A stretch of 63,290 nt of DNA, counting the filler, from Pirum gemmata (lineage: Eukaryota): NCBI GenBank assembly GCA_002812295.1. It is 12 parts of 12 records of this genome, joined end to end, with 100 filler letters (N's around TTAATTAATTAA, not from the genome) between each part and the next. Parts side by side here need not be neighbours in the genome. Positions count along the whole stretch, not along the records: positions 36,907 to 42,099 come from PDIN01000651.1; positions 42,200 to 47,392 come from PDIN01000652.1; positions 47,493 to 52,790 come from PDIN01000653.1; 9 more parts are not named here. The stretch is one strand, 5' to 3'. The notes below the pieces were generated by a model. It ran no database searches. It was given only the letters and a program-made list of their open reading frames with translations, and was not told where the DNA came from. The position numbers were made by a program, and so were the translations under genes. Positions 37,894-50,891 of the stretch are shown here, in pieces. The first letter of the stretch is position 1, and every line of letters begins with the position of its first letter.

Positions 37894-39004
37894 TCATCAT
37901 CATCAACAACAACATCATCATCAACATTATCAACAACAACCACAGCAGCAGCAGCAGCAACAACAAAAATATATATCACCTCAGCTTTATGAAGTCGACA
38001 ATCAATATAAGCGAATATATGAACGCCAATATGAACGAGAGCAGTGCGAGAATGATTACAAATACTTCGATTATGAAAATCAGAAAGAAAGAACACAACA
38101 ACATTATCATTCTCATGATAATATTCATCGTTACTATCATGATCAAGAACAAAAGAATAAACTTAGTCGTTCTATTTCAGTAGATCATGCATATGAGTAT
38201 TCAACATCAGATTCTGACCGAAGGCGCTTTAGAAAGCACTCTTACATTGATGAAAAAGAATACAAACAACCCAAATATCCATTGATATCAAGCCCACATT
38301 ATCAATCAATAACTAATCGTGAGCCATATTCTTATGTGAAATTTGATAATAATGATAATAATACTTATAATAGTGAGTGCCGTGCAACTTACAAGTCCTC
38401 ATCCCCTCTGCGATCCCCGTCCCCGTCAACAACGTCAATAACAACGTCTCATCCACTTCAGAATTATCACCATGTTAATAATAGCAATGATTTTTTTGAA
38501 AATCAAAGAACTTATAACGGAAATCCTCAGCAGCAACAGCAAGAACATAGTGAATCATATTTACCTCAAATTCACAAAGAAAAACAAGAACTCGAGCTTA
38601 GGAATCATGAGCTAAACAAAAAACAAAGGGTAATGTTAGAATCTGAACAAGATTATAGGCCCGAATCTCCCACACTTGGCAATGTAATGGAAAATGAAAT
38701 CGAATTAAAGTTTAAAGGCCGTTCCCAACCACCCTCCCCACCCCGTTTAGCAACAACCATGTCGGAGCCTTCTTTGTTATCTTCATTGTCATCTTCATCT
38801 AATGATTTAGCTTCATCAGTATCAACCAAAACCGTGATGCTTTCAAATAATGGGAAAAAAATGAAATACGTTATACGTACCTTTTTTTGCGAGTTCGATG
38901 ATTGTACAAGAGTTTATTCCAGTGCTCATTCGCGAAGACAGCATTATCGTCGACATCACAAAGAAGAATATTCAAAAAAAAGGAATCACGCTACAACCAA
39001 ATAG
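37088..39004 (+). CDS. Poly-Gln/His-rich protein with one C-terminal C2H2 finger, 638 aa, putative transcription factor
   Basis: Long intronless ORF; FCEFDDCTRVYSSAHSRRQHYRRHH; Q/H tract; SP-rich segments. Confidence 0.88.
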
Positions 39005-42000
39005 AGTCCATTATAATAGTATTATATAAGCTAATAATCTGATAAATAAAAATATGGTACACATCAATGAAAAAATTTACTTTACTGTTCTTTTAATAAA
39101 ATTTGATACACATACTTACACATCATATTATGAAAAAATTTACTTTACTGTTCCTACGAAAGTATGAAAGTTGTGAAAGAACATATAATTTAATTACATA
39201 AAAATTGTTATTACTTACTTTATGTTCTTATGTATACTTACTACACTTGATTATTAGACGATAGCAGTCAGGAGTATGATGGCAAAAAAATATTCAGCTT
39301 GCAATACCGGTATTTATCTTTATGATGGCGATAGTATGCTTGCCTAAAAATGGTTAATAAAATAAACTCGAAAACTTCTGATCCTACCAAACTTCCTAGT
39401 TCCTAGTGGGTAGCTGTAGGCTAGTAGTACTTTCATTACAATTATCATGATACAATCTTCCTACATACAAGTAGCACACTACCATAGAAAGAGTATCATA
39501 GCACAAGTACATATTCGTACCAGTGCTGCACTACTATACATTGCATACTAGTAGCTAGCAGTTTCTGATTTTTGTTACTTCTTCGTATTAGTATCTGATA
39601 CTAGCTAGCTAGCTTAGCTATGAATAGTAGAGTAGACTACAGGAGTAGACTCTCTAGCTAGTAGTAGTCCAGAGCCCCCCTATCTACTCTACGCTAGCTA
39701 GTAGTAGCTATGATAGCAAGCTAGTTCCAGAGCCTGGGGGATCAGACTCACCAGAGACCTTAGTTTTAGAGGACCAGAGACTATTGATACCAGCCAGAGG
39801 GCAATCCTCTATGTCATACTGTTGTAGGCAGCTGGTTGTATCAACTACTACTAGCTAGCTACTAGACCAGGAAAAAATTTCTGAGGTCTTTGCAGACTTG
39901 CATAGCTAGCTAGCTAGCTAGCTAGAGAAGGGGAGGAGCAGTTGGAAACTTGGAGCGTGGAGGTGCATAATAATTTCCTGTCAAATACAGCTTCAAATAC
40001 ACCCCTACCTACCTACCCCTTTCCGCTCAAATACCACCTACCTACCTACCTACCTACCTACCCCTCGACGTGACGTATTATTTGAATAGGAACTCCCTAC
40101 TAGCTAGCTAGCTTGCTAGCTAGGAGGAAGGTTCTAATTTCTAATACTCTAGCTAGTCTGGCTAGCTAGCTACTAGCTAGTCTAGCTAGGTTTTGCGGTT
40201 TTAATAGTTTCGAGTGCGTTTTAGTACTGTTTTAGTAGTGTTTTAGTGCCTTTGTTCCCAAATTGGAATTTAACCTCAATAACCTCAAAACCAAATTTTT
40301 TACATATTAGTTTACATCAGTTAGCTTATTATTACTTATAATATTATTACTAATTTATTATCGATAGTATAATATTATAATATGTATACCTTGGTATAAT
40401 TATTATTAAAAAGTTTATTATTATACATTTAATTAATATTATTATAGACCTGGGGTATCGTGCTTTTCAGTTATTTTGTCGTCATAAAATATACAATAAA
40501 TAGTACCAAATTAATATAATATAAATCCATTTAATTTAATTTGGTATATTTTATTATCTATATGTTGATTTAAAAATATCAATTTAAAGATTATAACCCT
40601 CCAAATAAATATTCAGAGTGACAAAATAAATGAAAAACACGATAATAATTACAATTATATAGTCTATGATAATTATCTTGATATTAATTCTCTATAATAT
40701 TATATACTACTATATAAATTGTATATATCTCAGTATACCTGCTACACTCAGACAGTCTCAGACTCATATTTTGAATATACAATAAAGAGTACCAAATTAA
40801 TTCTATATAAATCCATTTCATTTAATTTGGTATATTTTATTATATATTTATTCATTTGAAAACGTCAAATTAAACATTATAACCAACCAAATAAATATTC
40901 AGAGTGACAAAATAACTGAAAAGCACGATAGACTAGACTATTTATAAATAGGTCTAATATANTTTAATAATAATATGCATAATAATAAACCAGAAAGAAA
41001 TATCGTGTTTTTCAATAGTGTTGTCCAGTGCAAATACTAAAATAAACTTACCAAATTATTATTATGGCTAAACTATCAGACATGTTTTAATTAATTTGGT
41101 ATTTTATACTTAATGTTGTATTTTATAAATAAGTTCAATTTTACACTTAAAAAATACCTAATTAAAGATTGAGTGGGACATAGACGATAATTATAATTAT
41201 GTAATATAACTTTTAATATATAACTATTATGATTATCCCTATATTAAATATATATAATTATCATAACTTGCCCCCTACTTATTAATACCATAATAATTTA
41301 TAATAATAAATATATAAATAAATAATACTAGTAGACTATTATATAATACAAAAGTATACAAATAACTATTTTTAACAATTATTATATAATTATATTATAA
41401 TATTATTACTTTTAATTAATAATACACTTGTCATATCATTTTTTAATCACGATAACAATGAAATAGATGTCCTTCTCAATTTAGTATTAATAATATTCAT
41501 ATCATAATAATATGATGTTTTTATTTCTCCATTTTAATCAAAATTTATAGATTTAATTAACTAGTTTATGATTTTTTAATTTAATTCAAAGTACAATTTT
41601 TAAAATTAATCTTTATTTTAAAAAATAATATTTATTATCGCATGTACTTTTCAATCATTTTGTCTATATATATTATAATAGTGCATAATGAATATAATAT
41701 ATATAGTATATATTATATAGACACTTTTTGCGATAAAAGTGTGAATACTAGCACTTTTAATAAATATGCCAGTATTCACACATTAATTATTAAAAGTTTA
41801 AACATAAGCATTAATTTATTATTAGTCTACCTATGTGGATTTTTCACTATTTTACTTATTTCAGCAGTGGGTTTTTTATTTATTATTATATCAAATAGTA
41901 CCAATAACAATATAGGATAGCTAAAGCCAAAAGAAACAACAACTACAAAATAGCTAATTATAAGCAACAACAAAAATAATATAACAATGAAAATGACAGC

Positions 42001-42334
42001 AGGGTAAGGGTTAGTTATTAACAACATCACTACCATCACCACCACCAATAATAATAAAAATAATCAAATAATAATAATGAAAATAATAATAATAATAATN
42101 NNNNNNNNNNNNNNNNNNNNNNNNNNNNNNNNNNNNNNNNNNNTTAATTAATTAANNNNNNNNNNNNNNNNNNNNNNNNNNNNNNNNNNNNNNNNNNNNA
42201 AAAAAAAAAAAAAAAAGCAAAAAAACAAAAAAATATTAATATCAATATTTATGTTTTTTAAAAAAAAAGAAAAAAGACTAATTTTTATAAATAACTGAAT
42301 AATAAATAATAATAATTTTAATTATATTAAAAAA

Positions 42335-43006
42335 ATGGCTTCTCCTCAAAATCAAATGAAACTTAAACCTTTATTGAAGGGAAACAAAAGCTATTACCCA
42401 GTAACCCCTCTATTAAAAAAATCAGATTTTAGTAAAAGTTTTAAATATCATTCTTATTCTCAAGATGCAGCCGAAGTAAAAAAGGAACGATTACAAAAAA
42501 GAAGAGAAGAAAGAGCAATAATTAAAACCAAAAAAAGAAAAGCTTTACAAATTTTACAACAACATCAAAACAAAAATAGTTCATTGCAAATTACAATGTT
42601 AAGCAATAATAAAGTGATTAATAATAATAATAATAGTAATAATAATAATAATAATAATAGTTATAGTAATAGTAATAGTAAGAGTAATAGTAAGAGTAAT
42701 AATAATAATAATAATAATAATAATGTTTCACTTTTAAATGTAAATAATTTACTTAAACTTCCTTTGAATCAAGATACATTGTCAGCTGGAAATATTATGA
42801 TACACAATAATGTTGCTAATAGCTCAGATTATTACCACGACAATAACAATAACATCAATAATAATAACAATATTATAACCACTAGTTTTGCTAACAGTAA
42901 CTTCAATGTTGGTAATATTTCTAATACAACTTACTTTTACAATTTACCAAGCCCGCCTTTAAGCCCTAGTACCTCCATAAATGATATTTTAAACTTTAAA
43001 TTTTAA
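42335..43006 (+). CDS. Asn-rich protein with a basic helical segment, possibly nuclear or DNA-binding, 223 aa
   Basis: AAAAATGG start; EVKKERLQKRREERAIIKTKKRKAL basic region; poly-N; C-terminal PSPPLSP. Confidence 0.7.
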   Translation: MASPQNQMKLKPLLKGNKSYYPVTPLLKKSDFSKSFKYHSYSQDAAEVKKERLQKRREERAIIKTKKRKALQILQQHQNKNSSLQITMLSNNKVINNNNNSNNNNNNNSYSNSNSKSNSKSNNNNNNNNNVSLLNVNNLLKLPLNQDTLSAGNIMIHNNVANSSDYYHDNNNNINNNNNIITTSFANSNFNVGNISNTTYFYNLPSPPLSPSTSINDILNFKF

Positions 43007-46000
43007 AGTCTACCAAACGATAATATGTACAATAATAAATATATATAACTACAATAAAAAACAAACCAACAAACCAACAAACAAAAAAATATATTGTTAA
43101 TATTAATTAAAATACCATAGCTAAGTAATAAATAACAAACAAACCAACTAATAACTAAGACATCAATAATAATAATAATATTATAACCATTAGTTTTGCT
43201 AACAGTAAATTCAATGTTGGTAATATTTCCAAATACAACTTTTACAATTTACCAAGCCATAAATGTTATTTTAAAATTAAACTTTAAATTTTAAAGTTTA
43301 CCAAACGATAATATATAACTACAATAAAAAACAAACCAACAAACCAACAAACAAAAAAAAATATTGTTTTAATATTAATGAAGTAATAAATAAAAAACAA
43401 ACAAATCATCAAAAATAAAATAATGATTAATTTACTGAAAATAAAAATGTTATCTTCTTTCTTTCTCTTAAAACTAATTTATAATTTTTTAAAAAAATTC
43501 ACTTATTTAATTCAAAAACATATCATCTTGAATTCAAATAGTTACAATCTCAATTTAGCGTATTGCATTGTATTGCATTGCATTACATTGTATGGGTTTA
43601 ATAGGGTTAGGATTAGGATTGGGGTTAGGGTTAGGGTTAGGGTTAGGGTTAGGGTTAGGGTTAGGATTGGGTATAATATATCACTAATACAATTATAATA
43701 ATTACTGTCATTTTCCATTATTTATATTATCCAAATCAATTAGTAAAACCTCAGTAGTAGGTGAATGTAATGCTAAAATACGTTACAATTGAATTTTATT
43801 CTTCTTCATACTCGATTTTCGACTCTGGAAATGGTTAGGACTAATATTGATTTTAATTATATCGTGCTTTTCATTTATTTTTTCACTCTTTTAATATTTA
43901 TTTGGAGGGTTATAATATATTTAAATAGACATAAAAGACATCAAATTAAGTTAAATGGTTCATTTTATGATGACAAAACAACTGAAAGGCACTATAATAA
44001 CAACAGGTCACTAATTTAATTGTAAATCTTTAATATCTAATTGGTAGGTTTTAATATATTATAATGATAACGTTGAATAAAAAATATAAATAAAAATGAC
44101 ACGTGTACATAATAAAAATGAATTGGAATTTTTACAGCAAGTCTAGCTAGTAGTCTAGTAGAGCCATCGTTTATTTCATCACAGTCGTCTCGATCTTCAA
44201 TTTGGTACTTTTTAAGTGTATAATTGGACTTTTTTATAAAATACAACAGTAAGTATAAAATACCAAATTTATTAAAACATGTCTACATAATAATAATTGG
44301 GAATGTTTATTTCAGTTTTTGAACTGGAAAACACTATTGACACAGGAGGGATGAGATGACGTCATCTTACCAATTGGATGCTCGGACCGGCGAACTTCCA
44401 GAAATTTGCCTAAAGTTACTATAAATAGTATAATAAACTCTTTTAAAGTAACTACTTAAATAGGTTGTTACTAAATAAATAATTACAAATACTAAATATG
44501 GTAAGGCGAAACAGGCGAACAACATTTACTTTGTGCCTCGGTCAAAAAAGTTCGCCATACCACTACTTTCACTTATTTTGTCACTCTGAATATTTATTTG
44601 GTTGGTTATAACATTTAAATTGACATGTTTAAATGAATATATAGATAATAAAACATACCAAATTAAGTTAAATGGTTTTATATTGTGCTAATCTGGTATT
44701 TTTTACTTGTATGTTTTATGCTAAAAAGCATTAAAATCTAAAAAAATGAAGAAATATTTTTTAATATCTAAAAAAAAAAATCAGTAATAAATAAACTCCT
44801 GCGAGTCAGCGGCAAGAAACTCTTGGGGAACTCTGGGAGAGGAATTAATGAAAATCATATTTTTTTAAGTTTTTTTTATTTGTTTTAGTTTTTATAAATA
44901 TTATTTTATTCACATACTTTTTATATCATATTATATAAAAGTTTTACAAAGTATGCCATTCAAAGTGATAATTGTTGCCGTGGCCGTCATGGTAATGGTG
45001 GTTGTGCTCAGATTACTGTGATATTGTTGTTGTTGTTGTAGCTGTTGTTGTTGTTGTTGTTTCTGTGGTTGGTTTTGTTGTGGTGGTGGTGGTGGTGGTG
45101 ATGGTTGTGGTTGTGGCATGCGTTGCCAATGTTGTATGTGTTGTTGATGTAGTTGTTGTAATTGCTGTTGTAATGTGTTTCTGTCGTTCTTTGTGTATGT
45201 CATCGAGTAGTGTTGGGCTGAAGTTGATATTGAGATGGAGGTGAGGTTAAGGTTTTAATGTTGGGGTTGGGGTTGGGGTTTAGGCTGAGGTTAGGGTTAG
45301 GGTTAGGGTTAGGGTTAAATTACAAAAGTAAACATCGAAATATTGATGCTGACAAATAAAATATCAAAAGATAATTTACTTTATTTTAAGTTAATAATAA
45401 TAATAATAATACTTCATATACAGACTAGAGCTAGTCTATGATTTATTATTATAGTAATTATATTGTGTTTTTCATTTATTTTGTCACTCCGAATATTTAT
45501 TTGGTTGTTTATAATATTTAAATTGATACTTTTAAATAAATTGATAAATATTCAGAGTGAAAAAATAAATGAAAAGCATAATAACATTTACAGATCAGAT
45601 AAATAAAAAATACCAAAATTTAATTAATACAACATAAATCCATTTCATTTTATTTGGTATCTTTTATTATCTATTTGTTCATTTAAAAATGTCAATTTTA
45701 ATACTATAACCAACCAAATAAATATTCAGAGTGAAAAAATAAATGAAAAGCATAATAACATTTTACAGATCAGATAAATAAAGAATACCAAATTAATACA
45801 ACATAAATCCAATTTCATTTTATTTGGTATCTTTTATTATCTATTTGTTCATTTAAAAATGTCGATTTTAATACTNCTACTCCCTGGATACCCCTGGACA
45901 CGATACTTTGATCCCCAAGATTGATCTCATTTTTTTCAACGCCTGTTACTTGTCAGCAACACATCATTTTTCTCAAAAAAAAAAAAAAAAAAAAGAAGAA

Positions 46001-46054
46001 GAAGAAGAAGATTGTAGAATTTGTAGTAATAGACTCGATATCTATATAGTATTT

Positions 46055-46815
46055 TATAGCTAGTTAGAGTTGAGTGAGGTGGGATCCATTAGTTAGCAGA
46101 CTAGTTAGTTAGGAACTAATTAGGATTGTATTAGAGTTTTGGTGGAAGTAAGTTTGGTGATTAAATTTGTTGGAGGAGGGGAAGAATTCCTGAGATATTC
46201 TCGTCTATTATTTTAAATAGCAAGTTAGAATTGAGTGAGGTGGGAACTATTAGTTAGTAGTTTGAGAGATTCACGTCAATTAGGGTTAGGGACTGTTAGG
46301 GTTAGGGTTGATCATAGCTGTTAAGATTAAAAGTTAAGCTTAAGCTTTTAAGCTTATAAAAATTAAGGTTAAAAGGTTAAGGTTTGGGGTTTGAGGCTAG
46401 AGTTAAGAGTTAGAGTTTGAATAAGGGTTAATTATAGCTAGTTAGAGTTGAGTAAGGTAGCTGTGGTGAGGTGGGAGCCATTAGTTAGTAGTTAGGAACT
46501 AATTGGGATTGTATTGGAGTTTGGTGGAAGTAAGTTTGGTGATTTGTTGGGTGAGGGGGGGGATTTCTAAGGTATTCTCGTCTATTATTGTAAATAGCTA
46601 GTTAGAATTAAGTGAGATGGGAACTATTAGTTAGTAGTTTGGGATTCACTTCTATTAGGGTTAGGTACTGTTAGGGTTAGGGTTAAGGTTAAAATTTAAG
46701 GTTTTAAAGCTAAGGTTAAAGTTAAGGTTAAGGTTAAGGTTAAGGTTTTAAAGTTAAGGTTTGGGGTTTGGGGTTAGAGTTAGAGTTAGAGTTTGAATTA
46801 GGGTTAGGGTTAGGT
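46055..46815 (+). repeat. Two diverged ~380-bp tandem units ending in degenerate telomere-like hexamers
   Basis: TATAGCTAGTTAGAGTTGAGT...GGTGGAAGTAAGTTTGGTGA...TATTCTCGTCTATTA...TTAGGG/TTAAGG/TTAGAG runs, starting at ~46055 and ~46433. Confidence 0.85.
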
Positions 46816-46957
46816 TTTTAATTAATTAAACCTACAGGGTTAGTAGTGGGTTAGTCGACATAAGGCTCATGAAATCGGCTCGGTCAAGCCCATGGAATTT
46901 TCCATGGCTCTTTCTGTCATAACTATCATTTTATTATTAGTATTACTATCAATATTA

Positions 46958-47030
46958 TTATTAGCTGTAAAATCGGTTATTAGCTGTAAAATCGGTTATT
47001 AGCTGTAAAATCGGTTATTAGCTGTAAAAT
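46958..47030 (+). repeat. 19-bp minisatellite, ~3.8 copies (TTATTAGCTGTAAAATCGG)
   Basis: Head-to-tail identical units with no spacers. Confidence 0.9.
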
Positions 47031-47631
47031 TATATGTATCTTTATGCTCATCTCACCCGTTATTAGTTGATTATTTGCACAGTAGTAGTAGAATAATTGA
47101 TTTATAAACGATATGATACATATAAAAACCAACCCACATATATATATTATATTATATTATATAGTCTACTAACAGTGTCTAGCTATTAGAGGATAGAGAA
47201 CTCTTATTTCAATATAGATGAGTACAGGCTCATAATTTTTTAAAGAAAATAAATAATAATCATAATTTTATTAATAAAGTAATATATTATATGATATATA
47301 ATTACATATAACATCATAATACTATCATAATACTACAAAGTTCCAAGAAAAAAATCTTAAAAATAATAGTTTGAAAATAATAATAATAATAANNNNNNNN
47401 NNNNNNNNNNNNNNNNNNNNNNNNNNNNNNNNNNNNTTAATTAATTAANNNNNNNNNNNNNNNNNNNNNNNNNNNNNNNNNNNNNNNNNNNNAATTAAAA
47501 AGCAATAAATATATATAACAAAACAAATTATTAAAAAAAAAATTCTCTTTATAATTAAAAAAAATAAATAAATAAATAAAAATAAAATTGTAATATTTTT
47601 TAAAAAACCTCTAATAATTGATTAATAAACC

Positions 47632-48711
47632 ATGAATTTCTTTAGCCTATCTTTCGTAGCAATTATTGCAACTTCCAGCTCTGTTTTAGGTTTTAACGTA
47701 CGTCGAGGACTGGCAGTATCCAACGATAACTGCGATCTAGTTGCCGATGTAGTGTTTTTATTTGATAAAAGTACAAGTATCGCTGACGACAGTCTTCAAG
47801 TTGGACAAAAGCATTTCGGACAAATGAAAACTTTTGCTAAATCTTTGATGAAAGAATTTACTATTGATAAAGAAAATACTTGGGTTTCGTTCACCGAATT
47901 TAGCGAATTGCCAAGTATCCGCACAACTTTTAAAAACCCTGATAATATGGCTCATAACAAACAACAACTATTTGATAAACTAGATACACTACAATATACA
48001 GAAGATAATGTTATATATGGTTCTACTAATACTGGTTACGCTATATCCAAAATTTTCGAACACCAATTCCACGCTAGACCACGAAATGACGAAGCTCCCT
48101 TTATCATCATACTGATTACAGATGGGGAATCTAATGATATCGAAGATTTCAAAGCTACAGAAATGGCTGAAAAATATAGAAAACTAGGAAACGAAACTGG
48201 TAAGGATTTATTCCATATAATTGGAGTTGGCATAGCTATGGAACCTAAAGGAAAACAGGAGTTAAAAACCATGTCGGATGATGGCCTAATTTTCACTGTT
48301 AATCATTTTGATGGCTTGAAAGATATTGTTGAAGGCATGTCTAATAAGATTTGTGAGGTCATCCCACCAAAAGGAGACCCAAGCACAACCTCAATACCAA
48401 TATCAACATCAACGCCAACATCAACATCACCATCAGCATCAACATCAACACAAGATAGTTCAACTTCAGCTCCCGCACCTGTTGTTGATGGTAAAAAAGA
48501 CGAAGTTAATTTAGGGGCGGTTATTGGGGGTACACTGGCTGGTGCAGCCGTTGTTGCTGCTGCTGGGCTTATTGCCTGGAAACTTCACGCTTCAGCTGCT
48601 GCATCAAAAGGAGCTGTAGCCGCTCCAGCACCAACTATCGAACAAGCTGATGCCAGTCCTTTGTTTCAAGATAACACGGCTGAATTTAGAAACGTAATTG
48701 CAGACCCTTAA
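47632..48711 (+). CDS. Type I membrane protein: signal peptide, VWA domain with intact MIDAS, Ser/Thr/Pro stalk, TM helix, short tail; 359 aa, intronless
   Basis: DVVFLFDKSTSI (DxSxS), GSTNTG, IIILITDGES, IIGVGI; Cys pair flanking the domain; TM LGAVIGGTLAGAAVVAAAGLIAWKL. Confidence 0.93.
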   Translation: MNFFSLSFVAIIATSSSVLGFNVRRGLAVSNDNCDLVADVVFLFDKSTSIADDSLQVGQKHFGQMKTFAKSLMKEFTIDKENTWVSFTEFSELPSIRTTFKNPDNMAHNKQQLFDKLDTLQYTEDNVIYGSTNTGYAISKIFEHQFHARPRNDEAPFIIILITDGESNDIEDFKATEMAEKYRKLGNETGKDLFHIIGVGIAMEPKGKQELKTMSDDGLIFTVNHFDGLKDIVEGMSNKICEVIPPKGDPSTTSIPISTSTPTSTSPSASTSTQDSSTSAPAPVVDGKKDEVNLGAVIGGTLAGAAVVAAAGLIAWKLHASAAASKGAVAAPAPTIEQADASPLFQDNTAEFRNVIADP

Positions 48712-50166
48712 TTAACGAATTAACGAATTAAAATATAATATAAGTAAATAAAATAAAATAAAACAAAAATAAAATAAAATAATAATAACCAGCATGTAAT
48801 AACAATATAAAATTAAAAAAGACAAAATTCTATATTATAAATAAATGTGTAAAATTTAATGTCATGGATAAATAAAATAAACGAATGAATAACGTGTAAA
48901 TTTTAAAATATTTTGATTATTTTCTATTTTAATAATAATATTATTTTTATAACACGGCTGAATTTAGAAACGTAATTGCAGACCCTTAATTAACGAATTA
49001 ATGAAGTAAAATATAGTATAAGTAAATAAAAATAAAATAAAACAAAAATAAAATAAAATATTAATAATAATAACAATATAAAATTAAAAAGGACAAAATT
49101 CTATATTATAAATAAATGTGTAAAATTTAATGTTATGGATAAATAAAATAAACGAATGAATAACGTGTAAATTTTAAAATATTTTCTATTTTAATAATAT
49201 TATTATTTTTATAACACGGCTGAATTTAGAAACGTAATTGCAGACCCTTAATTAACGAATTAATGAATTAAAATATAATATAAGCATAATGTAGAAGTGT
49301 TAGTTTTTTTTTCTTTTCTTTGTGTGGTTCGAGAGTGTTAGACTATAAATATTATGAGTAGGTCAGTATTCGCACAATTTTACACTTTTGTCGCATAAAG
49401 TGCCTATATAACAACGACCTTAATTTAGTAGGTGTTGGTAAGGATAAAACAGCATAAAACACCAAACAAAATTTAATTTTAAGGATATTGACCCAAATTA
49501 TGAAAACTTAAATTTGCACACTTGAAAATAATTACGAATAAGGCTGGGTTAGGGTTAGGTTCCACCTTTACTTAGCGAACTTAGTTTAGGGTTAGGGTTA
49601 GCTAGTTGTTAGCTATATATAGGACCCATATAATTAAGAACTAAGACGTCAAACCTTCTAAGACCATCAGATGTCTAATTTTTATAAACAATTTGCCGGA
49701 AATGTTAATCAATGGGAAGAATCTTCTTTTTGCTCATTTCGATAGAGTTTTCAAATTGAAATATTATCGTGCTTTTCAGTTGTTTTGTCATCATAAATTT
49801 TAAAATATACAATAAAGAGCACCAAATTAATTAATACAATATAAATCCATTTCATTTAATTTGCTATATTTTATTATCCAATTATTCATTTAACAATGTC
49901 AATTAAAAAATTATAACCAACCAAATAAATATTCGGAGTGACAAAATAAATGAAAAGCACTATAATGTACACTTTTTATAGATGTTATCATAGTAAACAA
50001 AAAGTTCTTGTTTTTTGTCTATCAAAGTATATTACTATATATAATTACGTAATATATATATGGAGCATTGCGTCTAAGAATCCCCAACTTTTTGGGATAT
50101 AGTAATAATATATATGATGAATAAAGTAATTTATTTATGTATATATACATTTCATTTTATTTCATT

Positions 50167-50860
50167 TTATTTATTTTTAAAAGTATAACCATAACCATAT
50201 AACCGAATACAAACGTAACCATATATTAATATATAAACAAGATCAATGATAATGATAATGATAATGGTAATGATAATGATAATATGATAATATGATAATA
50301 TGATAATGATAATGATAGAAATAATAATAACGAAAACGATAATGATAATGATAATGATAATGATAATGATAATGATAATGATAATGATAATGATTAATGA
50401 TAATGATAATGATAATGATAATGATAATGATAATGATAATGATAATGAACTAATAGTAAAAGATGTATAATCAGTAGTAACTTTAACCTTGTAATTCTTA
50501 TCATAACCAATATACTTACTAATTACCCATTGCCTAATACCTTCATTGTATTTATAAAATAAGGTAGAGTGTTCTCTTCTATTACTATTACTATTACTAT
50601 CAATATTAATATTAGTATTAGTATTAGTATTAATGTTACTATTACTATTCGTATTAGTATTAGTATTATTAGTATTAGTATTACTATTATTATTGCTATT
50701 GCTATTGCTACTACTATTATTAATATTATTACTATTACTATTACTATTACTATTACTATTAATATTAATATTACTATTACTATTCCTATTACTATTAATA
50801 TTAATATTACTATTACTATTACTATTACTATTACTATTACTATTACTATTACTATTACTA

Positions 50861-50891
<31 letters not shown>

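Noticed and set aside
37547..38096. Poly-Leu/poly-Val ORFs, and similar poly-I/L/V/T ORFs at 897-1489, 14223-14612, 18483-19040, 27664-27971, 50523-51002, 51442-52838
   Set aside because: Alternative-frame or antisense readings of microsatellites or of real poly-Q/N genes
46958..47030. Short direct repeats resembling a CRISPR array
   Set aside because: 19-bp units are head-to-tail with no spacers; no cas genes; eukaryotic context
21458..48711. GPCR, nitrilase-like, kinase, transcription factors and VWA receptor as a functional gene cluster
   Set aside because: They lie on different concatenated contigs; only the nitrilase-like and ABC1 genes share one
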